Shown one piece after another: positions 20,130 through 28,971 of a DNA stretch of 64,000 bases; within the stretch, counting starts at the first letter, position 1; every line of letters begins with the position of its first letter. The position numbers and the translations under genes are program-made. Below the pieces are notes generated by a model. The model did no database searches and was not told the DNA's origin. It saw only the letters and a list, made by a program, of their open reading frames with translations. Origin of the DNA: Leucobacter sp. (GTDB lineage: Bacteria > Actinomycetota > Actinomycetes > Actinomycetales > Microbacteriaceae); contig CP183188.1 of assembly GCA_048516985.1 (NCBI GenBank), forward strand, positions 179,630 through 243,629, read 5' to 3'.

Positions 20130-20471
20130 CTACCTCGTCGCATCCTCCCCGGTCTCACCGGTGCGCACGCGGATCACCTCGAGCACATCGGTCACCCAGA
20201 CCTTGCCGTCGCCGATGGCCCCGGTGCGGGCCGCCTCCTGGATCGCCGTGAGAGCCGGCTGCAGCACCTCGTCGGCGACCACGGTCTCGATGCGCACCTT
20301 GGGCAGGAAGTCGACCTTCACCGTCTGCGAACGGTAGACCTCGACCTTGCCAGTCTGCGTGCCGTGCCCCTTCGCGTCGGAGATCGTCATGCCCTTGACG
20401 CCGATCTCGGCGAGGGCGTTCTTCACTGGCTCCAGCGCACTCGGCTGGAGCACTGCGGTGATGAGTTTCAT
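20130..20471 (-). CDS. glnK: Nitrogen regulatory protein P-II
   Basis: 113 aa from ATG 20471: MKLITAVLQPSALEPVKNALAEIGVKGMTISDAKGHGTQTGKVEVYRSQ... The T-loop Tyr is present. Immediately downstream of amtB. Confidence 0.9.
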   Translation of the reverse strand: MKLITAVLQPSALEPVKNALAEIGVKGMTISDAKGHGTQTGKVEVYRSQTVKVDFLPKVRIETVVADEVLQPALTAIQEAARTGAIGDGKVWVTDVLEVIRVRTGETGEDATR

Positions 20472-20506
20472 ATTCTGTTTCCTTCCGGTCGTTCCAGTCG
20501 CCGTGC

Positions 20507-21778
20507 TCAGGCCCGGGTGTCGTCCATATCGTATGCAGTCTCGGCGTGGAGGCTCGTGTCGAGGCCGGCGCGCTCGACGTTCTCCGGCACCCTGAGCCCC
20601 ACGGTGATCTTGAGGATCCACGAGATCAGCGCCGTCACCGCGAAGGTGTAGACGAACACCGAGATGATGGCGATGAACTGCGAGCCGAGGAGGCTCCAGT
20701 CGCCGCCGTAGAAGATGCCCGCGGCTCCGGCCGGCGACGAGGGATCGGCGAGGAAGCCGATGGCGAGGGTGCCGAAGATGCCGGGGAACATGTGGATCGC
20801 GACCGCGTCGAGCGCATCGTCGTAGCCGAGCTTCTCCTTGAGCCCGAGCGCGGCGAAGGCGACCATGCCGGCGAGCAGGCCGATGACGACCGCGCTGATG
20901 GGCGACACCGAGTTGGCGGCGGGGGTGATGCCGACGAGGCCGCCGAGCACACCGGAGATCGCGCCGAGCGAGGTGGCGGCCTTCCGGACGAGCTTCTCCA
21001 CGATCAGCCAGCCGATGAGGCCGGCCGAGGCGGCGACCAGCGTGTTCGTGAGCGCCACGCCGGCGCTCTCGTTGATGCCGCCCGACGATCCGCCGTTGAA
21101 GCCGTACCAGCCCACCAGCAGCAGTCCGCCGCCGAGGATCGCGATCGGCAGATTGCCGGGGCGGCCCACATGCGGGAAGTCACGGCGCTTGCCGAGGAAC
21201 AGCGCGAGCACGAGGGCGGCGACTCCGGCGTTCATGTGCACGGCCGTGCCGCCGGCGAAGTCGATGGCGCCGACCGTGTTCGCGATCCAGCCGCCGACGG
21301 TCGAGCCGTCCTCGGAGTCGAAGGCGAAGACCCAGTGCGCCACCGGGAAGTAGACGAGCATCGCCCACAGCCCCGAGAAGATCAGCCAGCTGGAGAACTT
21401 CATGCGCCCCTCGACCGCGCCGCCGATGATGCCGACGGTGAGGCCCGCGAAGATCATCTGGAAGACGGCGATCAGGATCGACGGCACCGCGCCCTCGGGG
21501 GTCTCCTCGCCGAGCAGCGCCTGGATGCCGAAGAGCCCCGCGGGGTTGCCGATGATGCCGGCGCCGCCCGCGGAGTCGCCGAGGGTGAGGCCGTAGCCGA
21601 CCACCACCCACAGCACCGCGGTCACGGCGAAGCCGCCGAGGACGACCATGATCGTGTTGAGGATGTTCTTGGTGCGCGACAGCCCGCCGTAGTAGAGCGC
21701 GAGGCCGGGCAGCATGAGGGTGACCGCGACGGTTGCCGTGAGCATCCATCCGGTGTTCACCTGCGAGGTGATGTCCAT
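20507..21778 (-). CDS. amtB: Ammonium transporter
   Basis: 423 aa, polytopic, with IDFAGGTAVHMNAGVAAL and VAIHMFPGIFGTL motifs. Confidence 0.9.
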   Translation of the reverse strand: MDITSQVNTGWMLTATVAVTLMLPGLALYYGGLSRTKNILNTIMVVLGGFAVTAVLWVVVGYGLTLGDSAGGAGIIGNPAGLFGIQALLGEETPEGAVPSILIAVFQMIFAGLTVGIIGGAVEGRMKFSSWLIFSGLWAMLVYFPVAHWVFAFDSEDGSTVGGWIANTVGAIDFAGGTAVHMNAGVAALVLALFLGKRRDFPHVGRPGNLPIAILGGGLLLVGWYGFNGGSSGGINESAGVALTNTLVAASAGLIGWLIVEKLVRKAATSLGAISGVLGGLVGITPAANSVSPISAVVIGLLAGMVAFAALGLKEKLGYDDALDAVAIHMFPGIFGTLAIGFLADPSSPAGAAGIFYGGDWSLLGSQFIAIISVFVYTFAVTALISWILKITVGLRVPENVERAGLDTSLHAETAYDMDDTRA

Positions 21779-21880
21779 ATGTCCGTGTCTTTCTCTTCGG
21801 GGGTGGATTCCGGGGGTTCGGTGGATTCAGGGGATTCGAGGTTGGGTTCAGGAGTCGGAGAGGGTTCCGGGATTCGGTGC

Positions 21881-21925
21881 TGGACCGGCAGCTGGTGGAC
21901 CGGCAGCCGGTGGATCGGGGGCCGG
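21881..21925. repeat. 3 x 15-bp tandem repeat upstream of amtB
   Basis: TGGACCGGCAGCTGG / TGGACCGGCAGCCGG / TGGATCGGGGGCCGG. Confidence 0.8.
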
Positions 21926-21946
21926 CGACATGAGGATCGTCGCGGC

Positions 21947-23182
21947 TCAGCGCGTGAGCAGCCGCTCCAGCACGCGGGCGAGGGCGTCGACCCCGGCGTC
22001 GATGTCGTGCGGCGCGGCGGACTCGAGCGGGGTGTGCGAGGCGCCGCTCGGATTGCGCACGAGGATCATGCCGCTCGGGATCGCGGCCGCCAGCACCCCC
22101 GCGTCGTGCCCCGCACCGGTGTCGAGCACGGGCGCGGACGGCAGCACCTCGCGCATGGCGTCGCGGAGCCCCGCGTCGAAGTCGACCGCGGAGGAGAACG
22201 ACTGCTCGGTCACCGCGACGGTGCAGCCCTCCTCCTCGGCAGCGCGGCTCGCGGCGGCGACGGTCTCGTGGACGATCCGGCGCACCGTCTCGTCGTCGCG
22301 GTGCCGCACGTCCATCCACAGCTCGACCGAGGAGGCGATGACATTCGTGCCGCCCGGCACCACCCGGATCCGCCCCACGGTGCCGCGCGCCTCCGGCACG
22401 GCGAGGGCGTGCTCGCGCAGGCTCCGGATCACGGCGGCGGCGACGACCACGGGGTCCTGCCGGTCGGCCATCCGGGTCGCCCCGGCGTGATCGCCGCGGC
22501 CCTCGATGCGCAGCTGCCAGCGCCCGTGGGCGAGGATCGCCCCGGCCAGTGCGACGGGTTCGCCGAGATCCGCCAATCCCCGCCCCTGCTCGACGTGCAG
22601 CTCGACGAATGCCGCGATGCGGGAGAGGCGCTCGGCGTCCGCGCCGATGCGCTCCGGATCGAAGCCGGCGGCGAGCGCCGCCTCGGCGTAACTGATGCCG
22701 GCCTCGTCGGTGAGATCCCGCACCCGTTCGGGGGCGGCCTCGCCCGAGATGAGGCGCGAGCCGAGGCAGGCGAGGCCGAAGCGCGAGCCCTCCTCCTCCG
22801 GGAACACGGCGATGGCGAGCGGGCGCACCGGGCGCACGCCGCGCTCCCGCAGCCGGTCGACCGCGGCGAGGGCGCTGGCCACGCCGAGTGGGCCGTCGAG
22901 GCCCCCGCCGCCCGGCACCGAGTCGAGGTGCGAGCCGGTGAGGATCGCGCCCCCGCGGTCTCCCATCCGCGCGAGGGGATCCTCGACATCCCACCACGCC
23001 CAGATGATGCCGTTGCCATCGGTCTCGATGCTCAGCCCGCGTTCGGCCGCGTGCCCGAGGAACCACTCGCGCAGTTCGAGCTCGGCGGCGGAGAACACCG
23101 GCCGCGAGTAGCCGCCGCGATCCGGGTCCGCTCCGATGCCCGCGATCTCCGCCAGTAGGGCGTTCGCGTCACCGCCGCTCAC
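21947..23182 (-). CDS. M20-family Zn amidohydrolase (allantoate amidohydrolase / N-carbamoyl-L-amino-acid hydrolase type)
   Basis: 411 aa from GTG 23182 (GTGA overlap with the upstream stop). Motifs TGSHLDSVPGGGGLDGPLGV, FPEEEGSRFG and HAGATRM. Confidence 0.8.
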   Translation of the reverse strand: MSGGDANALLAEIAGIGADPDRGGYSRPVFSAAELELREWFLGHAAERGLSIETDGNGIIWAWWDVEDPLARMGDRGGAILTGSHLDSVPGGGGLDGPLGVASALAAVDRLRERGVRPVRPLAIAVFPEEEGSRFGLACLGSRLISGEAAPERVRDLTDEAGISYAEAALAAGFDPERIGADAERLSRIAAFVELHVEQGRGLADLGEPVALAGAILAHGRWQLRIEGRGDHAGATRMADRQDPVVVAAAVIRSLREHALAVPEARGTVGRIRVVPGGTNVIASSVELWMDVRHRDDETVRRIVHETVAAASRAAEEEGCTVAVTEQSFSSAVDFDAGLRDAMREVLPSAPVLDTGAGHDAGVLAAAIPSGMILVRNPSGASHTPLESAAPHDIDAGVDALARVLERLLTR

Positions 23183-24387
23183 CGCCGCACCACCTCCGCG
23201 AATCGCTGGCCGACCGCTCGGAAGCGCTCGACGGCGGTCTCGGATCCGGCGACCAGGTCGGCGACCAGCTCGCCGAGCAGCGGGGCGAATTTCGCCCCCT
23301 GGCCCGAGCACGGGGAGACGACGGTGATGCCCTCGGCCCGGTCGATGATCATGTCGTCGCGGGGCACATTGGTGAAGAGGCAGGTGGTCTCGGCGTAGGG
23401 ATCGGGGATCAGGCCCGGCGCGAACTCCCGGGCGAAACCCCGCACGCGTTCGCGGTTCACCGGGTCGATGCGGCGATCCTGCACCCGCGCCGAGCCGATG
23501 ATCTTGCCGCCGTTGTACTCGGCCATCTTCTGCCCGCGGAACTCGGCGTCGCGACCGCCGGGCAGGCTGTACATCTGGATCCGCTCGTCCTTGTAGATGA
23601 AGGTCGGCCACGAGGCGGCGGCGTCCGCGGCGGGCTCGCCGCAGTCGCCCGGCGCCCGGTATGGGAAGTGGAAGGCGTTCTCCTGCCGCACCTCGAACTG
23701 GGGCATCCGGTCGAGGAAGGCCCGCGGCAGGTCGAGTTCGGCGAGGAGGGCCGGAAGCCAGCCGCCGGCCGCGACGATCACCTGCTCGGCGCGCACGGTG
23801 GCACCGGTGGACGAGACGAGCGTGTAGCCGCGGCGACCGCGCGCGGTGGAGGCGGGCGAGCCCCCGCCCCGCACCCTCGCGACCTCCCAGCCGCTGAGCA
23901 CCCGGGCACCGGCGCGCCTCGCGAGCTCGAGCATCGCCTCCACAGCCGATTCGGCGTCGATCACCCCGGCGCCGGGATGCCACAGCGCCTCGGTGTCGAA
24001 TTCGAGCTGCGGCCACCGCGATCCGGCCTCCGCGGCGCTGAGCAGCTCATGCTCGACCCCGGCCGCGCCGAGCACCTCGGCCAGCTCTCGCGGCTTCCGC
24101 AGCGCGCCGAAGTCGAGCGCTCCGCTCGGCGTGATCAGGCGCTCCCCCGCGGCCGCTTCGAGCTCGTCCCAGCCCTGCTTCGCCCGCACCACGAGATCCG
24201 TGGAGAACCGGTCGGGGTAGGCGTAGCGGAAGATCCGCGCCGAGCCGTGGGAGCTGCCCAGCACCGAGGCCGGTCGGTCGCGTTCGAGGAGGATCACCTC
24301 GGCGCCGGACTGGGCGAGCCTCCACGCGGCGGCGGCCCCGGTGAGGCCGGCGCCCACGATGGCGTACTGTGCTGATTCGGTGGTCAC
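23179..24387 (-). CDS. FAD-dependent oxidoreductase (DAO family, monomeric sarcosine oxidase/MTOX-like)
   Basis: 402 aa with an N-terminal dinucleotide fold, YAIVGAGLTGAAAAWRLAQSGAEVILLE. Confidence 0.75.
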   Translation of the reverse strand: MTTESAQYAIVGAGLTGAAAAWRLAQSGAEVILLERDRPASVLGSSHGSARIFRYAYPDRFSTDLVVRAKQGWDELEAAAGERLITPSGALDFGALRKPRELAEVLGAAGVEHELLSAAEAGSRWPQLEFDTEALWHPGAGVIDAESAVEAMLELARRAGARVLSGWEVARVRGGGSPASTARGRRGYTLVSSTGATVRAEQVIVAAGGWLPALLAELDLPRAFLDRMPQFEVRQENAFHFPYRAPGDCGEPAADAAASWPTFIYKDERIQMYSLPGGRDAEFRGQKMAEYNGGKIIGSARVQDRRIDPVNRERVRGFAREFAPGLIPDPYAETTCLFTNVPRDDMIIDRAEGITVVSPCSGQGAKFAPLLGELVADLVAGSETAVERFRAVGQRFAEVVRR

Positions 24388-24424
24388 TGGGTGTCTCGCT
24401 TTCGGGGGTGGGGATCGGCGCGGT

Positions 24425-25633
24425 CTAGGCGAGGTCCGGGGCGTCCCAGAGCTTGAGCTTGGAGCCGATGCCCAGCTCGACCGCGTTCTCGTACACGGTC
24501 TTGGCCCAGGCCACGTCCTCCACGCCCATGCCGCCGACGCTGAAGAGCACCGGCTGCTCCTCGAACTCGCGGCCCACGGCGGTGCCGTCGAAGACGTCGC
24601 CGATGTTCACGACCCGCGACTCGTCGAGCTCGCCCGTCTCGATCAGGTCCTGCCAGTAGAGGCCGATCATGCCGAAGGCGGTCTCGTGCGACGGTGCGGG
24701 GTACTCCTCGGCCCAGGCCTCGTAGATCTTCTTCGCGTCGGCGATGAGCCGTGCCTTGCCCGAGAGGGTGTACTCCTTGTCCATCCGCAGATTGGCGGGG
24801 AGGCTGAGGAAGGCGCCCGGCTTGATCCAGTCGCCGTCGATGTAGGGGTAGTTCTCGGAGCCCACGAGACCCGTGACCGCCTCGGAGACGATGTCGGAGT
24901 CGCGCACGGCCGCCTCGACGGTGTCGGCGATCTCGATGGTGGTGAACTGCGGGTAGTGCTCGCGCACGTAATCGGCGAAGGCCTCCGAGGTGGATCGGCG
25001 CCGGCCGTTGATGCGGATGGTGTCGAGCGTGGGGCGGGCCGAGAGCATGGCCGCGACGGCGCTCTTGTTCATGGCGCCGGGGCCGATGATGCCGAGAGAC
25101 TTCGCGTTCACCGGCGCCAGCTTCTTCGCGGCCGCCCCCGGCACGGCGGCGGTGCGGTAGGCACTCTCGAGGTTGCCCGACATGATCGCGAAGGGCGCGC
25201 CGGTCTCCTTGTCGTTGAGCACGATGAGGTGGATCGAGCGCGGCAGGCCCTGCTCGCGGTTGTCGATGTTCGAGCCGTACCACTTCACTCCGGCGGTGTC
25301 GAAGCGCCCGCCCAGATAGGCGGCCATCGCCATGAAGCGCCGGTCGGCGGCGTCGAGGGGCATGGCCGGGAAGGGGGAGGTCGGCGGGAAGGTGATCATG
25401 GCGCCGTGCGAGTTCGCGTTGTTGCCGGCCATCCGGTAGTCGCCCTTCGCGACGAGGATCAGCACCTCCTCCATCACCTCGATGCAGCGGTCGATGTCTT
25501 TCACGCCGGCGGCGATGACCTCCGGTTCGCTCAGGTAGAGCATCTCGATCCGGGTGCTCGGCGCGGTCTCGGGGTTCGGCGCCGCCTCGATGCTCGGTGC
25601 GGTCAGGGTGCTCGGTGCGGTCACGGCGCTCAC
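24425..25633 (-). CDS. Ornithine cyclodeaminase/mu-crystallin family protein
   Basis: ORF 24425..25816. Start chosen at GTG 25633 because of RBS AGAGGAG 5 nt upstream; ATG 25543 is the alternative. Rossmann LGIIGPGAMNKS. Family assignment is by overall resemblance. Confidence 0.7.
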   Translation of the reverse strand: MSAVTAPSTLTAPSIEAAPNPETAPSTRIEMLYLSEPEVIAAGVKDIDRCIEVMEEVLILVAKGDYRMAGNNANSHGAMITFPPTSPFPAMPLDAADRRFMAMAAYLGGRFDTAGVKWYGSNIDNREQGLPRSIHLIVLNDKETGAPFAIMSGNLESAYRTAAVPGAAAKKLAPVNAKSLGIIGPGAMNKSAVAAMLSARPTLDTIRINGRRRSTSEAFADYVREHYPQFTTIEIADTVEAAVRDSDIVSEAVTGLVGSENYPYIDGDWIKPGAFLSLPANLRMDKEYTLSGKARLIADAKKIYEAWAEEYPAPSHETAFGMIGLYWQDLIETGELDESRVVNIGDVFDGTAVGREFEEQPVLFSVGGMGVEDVAWAKTVYENAVELGIGSKLKLWDAPDLA

Positions 25634-25755
25634 GGGATCTCCTCTTGGGCTGCGGCGGCTCCGGGTGGAGCTCGGGTCGTCGGGTGGCGATTCCCCTCTA
25701 GAAAACGACGGCCGGCGCACCCCCGTCCAATACCTTTTTCGCGGCGGATTCATCC

Positions 25756-25782
25756 CGTTTCGCTCGCAATCTTCCCGAAACG
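25756..25782. promoter_or_regulatory. Candidate LysR binding site
   Basis: Perfect dyad CGTTTCG-N13-CGAAACG, 33 bp upstream of the LysR ATG in the divergent intergenic region. Confidence 0.45.
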
Positions 25783-25814
25783 AGACGGTGACATTCGGGG
25801 CGTATCGTGACCCC

Positions 25815-26729
25815 ATGGAACTGCGTCAGCTGCGATACTTCATGGCGGTCGCCGAGGAGTTGCACTTCGGTCGCGCTGCCCAGAGACTGCACATGTCGCA
25901 GCCGCCGCTCAGCCTCCATGTGAGCCGACTCGAGCAGGAGCTGGGGGTCAGGCTCTTCGAGCGCAGCACCCGGCATGTCAGCCTCACCGCGGCGGGGATC
26001 CGCTTCCAGCAGAGCGTGCGGCAGATCCTCAGCGACCTCGATCTGGCCGCCATCGAGCTGCGGGAGTTCGCCGACGGCCTCTCCGGTCGGCTGACGGCGG
26101 GCTTCGTCAGCTCGGCGAACTACACGGTGCTGCCGGGTGTCGTGCAGCTCTTCCGCGAGCGGCGCTCCAAGGTGCAGCTCATCGCGATGCCGCTGACCTC
26201 GGCGGAGCAGTGCGATCGGCTGCGCGACGGCGCCCTCGATGTGGGGATCGTGCGCGACGAGCTGCTGCCGGAGCACGCCGCCGACCCGGAGCTCACGGCC
26301 GAGATCGTCTACGAGGAGCGGCTCGTGGCCTGCCTGCCCGCAGGGCACCCTCTGGCCGGGCAGGCGGAGGTCTCCGCCTGGGAGATCAGCGATGTGCCGA
26401 TGATCTCCTATCCGCGCTCCCTGATGCCCGGCTACGTGGATCGCGTCGCCGCCGCCCTGGGCCAGGCCGCCAGCCGGACGCAGACCGTCGAGGAGGTAGT
26501 GCATCAGGAGACCGCGCTGGGCTTCGTGATCGCGGGCGCGGGCACGACGATCCTCCCCGAGTCGATCCGTCAGCTCGCCCCGCCGTCGATCTCGGTGGTG
26601 CCGCTCGCAGGCTCCCCGACGACCCGGCTGCTCGCCGCGCGTCAGCGGGGTCCGACCGAGTCGGCGGCGCTGCGCGAGACCTTCATCGACTGCCTCCACG
26701 AGGCGGCCGGGGAGCTCCTCGCCGTCTGA
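25815..26729 (+). CDS. LysR family transcriptional regulator
   Basis: 304 aa from ATG 25815: MELRQLRYFMAVAEELHFGRAAQRLHMSQPPLSLHVSRLE. Confidence 0.9.
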   Translation: MELRQLRYFMAVAEELHFGRAAQRLHMSQPPLSLHVSRLEQELGVRLFERSTRHVSLTAAGIRFQQSVRQILSDLDLAAIELREFADGLSGRLTAGFVSSANYTVLPGVVQLFRERRSKVQLIAMPLTSAEQCDRLRDGALDVGIVRDELLPEHAADPELTAEIVYEERLVACLPAGHPLAGQAEVSAWEISDVPMISYPRSLMPGYVDRVAAALGQAASRTQTVEEVVHQETALGFVIAGAGTTILPESIRQLAPPSISVVPLAGSPTTRLLAARQRGPTESAALRETFIDCLHEAAGELLAV

Positions 26730-26850
26730 CGATGCCGGGATCGCGCCGCCCGGCCGCTCGATCACTCGGCGCGGCCGCACCGCCGCCGCGTGGCGGCGCA
26801 CCGCGGGGCCGCACCGCCGCGCGGCCCCGCCGATCCCTAGACTTGACCCC

Positions 26851-28971
26851 ATGACCGCGACGACGCCCGACCGCAGGCCGAGCCGTGTGCTCGCCGTACT
26901 GCGGCGCACGCCCTTCACCCTCGCGTTCGTGCTGGTGCTGCTCATCATCGGCATCGCCACCGGCACGATCCTCTCCCCCGCCGCTGACAAGCCCTGGTTC
27001 GAGAGCGTGGCGACGGGCCTGCCGGCCTTCGCCGAGGGCCGCTGGTGGAGCGTCCTCACCTCGCCGTTCTTCATCGACCACCCGCTCACCTTCCTCACCC
27101 TCGCGCCGCTGGTGGTCGGCGGCCTCGGCTGGGCCGAGTGGCGCTTCGGCACCTGGCGGACCCTCGGCCTCTTCTGGGCCGGGCACATCGTGGGCGTGCT
27201 GGGGGCGGCCGCCATCGTCGCGCTGGTCTCCCAGACCGGCTGGCACTGGGCGGTACGGCTCTCCGAGGCCTACGATGTAGGGCCCTCCTGCGGCGCCTTC
27301 ACCGCCCTCATCTTCGCCATCGCGACGCTGCCGGCGCCGTGGCGACTGCGCGCCCGCATCGGCGTGGTGGTGTGGATCGGTGTCTCGCTGCTCTACCTCG
27401 GCCAGCTCTACGACCTGGAGCACGCCGTCGCCATGATCGCGGCACTGGCCGTGAGCGGCTGGCTCCCGGCCTTCCGGCACCCGATCGGGCGCCCGAGCGA
27501 GCGCGAGTGGCGGCTGATCGCCCTCGCCGGTCTCATCGTGATCGGCGCGGTCCAGATCCTCGACCTCGTCGTCCCCTACGACGGCCCGCTGGGTCAGAAT
27601 CACCCGGTCGCCTCCTTCGTCGACGTCGCCGTCGACGTCGTGGTGATCGCCCTCGTCGCGAACGGGGTGCGTCAGGGCTACCGGCTCGCCTGGATCGCGA
27701 CCATGCTGCTGGGCGCCTACAATCTGATCACCGCGGTGCTCGCCTTCCTCGCCATCCCGCTGCTGGTGGACGCCGAGCTCATCGACAGGCCCGGCGACGT
27801 CCTCGGTCTCGTGATCGCTCCGACCCTCTTCTGGGTCGCGCTCATCGCGCTGATGATCGTCGGCCGCGGGGCCTGGCGCGTGCCGCTCAGAAAATCCCGC
27901 CGGGTGCCGCATGCCGAGCATCTGACCCGCGCCGACATGGTCGAGCGGCTGCGCCGCTTCGGCGGCGGCACCATCTCGTGGATGACCACCTGGAACGCGA
28001 ACAGCCACCTGGCCGCGGCGGACGGCGCGATCGCCTATCAGGCGCACTCCGGGGTCGCGATCATGCTGGGCGATCCGATCGTGCCCGCGGGCGCGCACCG
28101 GGCCGCACTCGAGGAGTTCACCCGCGCCACCCAGCGGGCGGGGCTGATCCCCTGCGCCTTCTCGACGAGCGAGGGGACCGCGGCGGCCAGGCCCGAGGGC
28201 TGGCGCGCGGTGGTCGTAGCGGAGGACACCATCGTCGATCTGCCCGGGCTCGAGTTCACCGGCAAGCCCTGGGGCGCGGTGCGCACGGCGATCAACCGGG
28301 CCGAGCGGGAGGGCGTTGAGTTCCGTATGGTGCGCCTGGGCGAGGAGCCGTGGAACGTGCTCGCGCAGGTGCGCGCGATCTCCGAGCAGTGGACGGGCGA
28401 CAAGGGCCTGCCGGAGATGCGCTTCACCCTGGGCACGGTGGAGGAGGCCTTGGATCCGGAAGCCCGCGTGGGCATCGCCGTCGACGCGGAGGGCAATCTG
28501 CACGGGGTGACCTCGTGGCTGCCCGTCTACGGCGCGGCCGCCGACGGCGGCGAGCCCCGCGTCGTCGGGTGGACCCTCGATCTGATGCGCCGGCGCGACG
28601 GCGGCTTCGGGCCGGTGATGGAGTTCCTGATCGCCTCCTCCGCGAAGCACTTCGCCGAGGAGGGCTACGAATTCGTGTCGCTCTCGGGCGCCCCGCTGGT
28701 GCGGCCGGCCGAGGTGGCGGCGGGGCCCGTGGACCAGGTGCTCGATCAGCTCGGCGGCCTGATCGAGCCGCTCTACGGCTTCAAATCGCTGCACCGCTTC
28801 AAGCAGAAGTTCAATCCGCGGCACGAGTCGCTGTTCCTGCTGTTCCGCGACGAGGGCGATCTGCCGCGCATCGGGGTCGCGCTCACGCGCGCCTATCTGC
28901 CCGATGCCACGCTCCGCGATCTGGTCGCCTCCGCCGCCGATGCGGCGGCCCCGGCGGGGAAGGCGTCGTGA
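26851..28971 (+). CDS. Membrane protein with a C-terminal aminoacyl-phosphatidylglycerol synthase domain (MprF/LysX-type, DUF2156) and an atypical, possibly rhomboid-like, N-terminal domain
   Basis: 706 aa. The C-terminal ~330 aa (...ISWMTTWNANSHL...AIAYQAHSGVAIMLGDP...KPWGAVRTAINRAEREG...YGFKSLHRFKQKFNP) matches my recollection of the MprF synthase domain. The N-terminal ~330 aa has about 8 helices including RWWSVLTSPFFIDH, GPSCGAF and LEHAVAMIAALAVSG. Confidence 0.7.
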   Translation: MTATTPDRRPSRVLAVLRRTPFTLAFVLVLLIIGIATGTILSPAADKPWFESVATGLPAFAEGRWWSVLTSPFFIDHPLTFLTLAPLVVGGLGWAEWRFGTWRTLGLFWAGHIVGVLGAAAIVALVSQTGWHWAVRLSEAYDVGPSCGAFTALIFAIATLPAPWRLRARIGVVVWIGVSLLYLGQLYDLEHAVAMIAALAVSGWLPAFRHPIGRPSEREWRLIALAGLIVIGAVQILDLVVPYDGPLGQNHPVASFVDVAVDVVVIALVANGVRQGYRLAWIATMLLGAYNLITAVLAFLAIPLLVDAELIDRPGDVLGLVIAPTLFWVALIALMIVGRGAWRVPLRKSRRVPHAEHLTRADMVERLRRFGGGTISWMTTWNANSHLAAADGAIAYQAHSGVAIMLGDPIVPAGAHRAALEEFTRATQRAGLIPCAFSTSEGTAAARPEGWRAVVVAEDTIVDLPGLEFTGKPWGAVRTAINRAEREGVEFRMVRLGEEPWNVLAQVRAISEQWTGDKGLPEMRFTLGTVEEALDPEARVGIAVDAEGNLHGVTSWLPVYGAAADGGEPRVVGWTLDLMRRRDGGFGPVMEFLIASSAKHFAEEGYEFVSLSGAPLVRPAEVAAGPVDQVLDQLGGLIEPLYGFKSLHRFKQKFNPRHESLFLLFRDEGDLPRIGVALTRAYLPDATLRDLVASAADAAAPAGKAS

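Noticed and set aside
21779-21946. Canonical GlnR (gTnAc-n6-GaAAc) or AmtR box upstream of amtB
   Set aside because: I could not find a convincing match by eye, only the GAAYC arrays reported as a finding.
20546-23158. 870-aa plus-strand ORF. The same class includes 7731..9734, 10074..11846, 15969..17474, 21180..23066, 26683..29067, 33992..35824, 36428..39250, 40421..41935, 54791..56704 and 61333..62391.
   Set aside because: All are antisense or alternative-frame to CDS with clear family motifs and are dominated by Arg/Gly/Asp/His/Pro. They are typical long spurious ORFs of a ~70% GC genome.
26805-26828. GGGGCCGC-N8-GCGGCCCC hairpin after the LysR gene as a terminator
   Set aside because: It is a short stem in a generally GC-rich, self-complementary region with no U-tract, so it was left unannotated.
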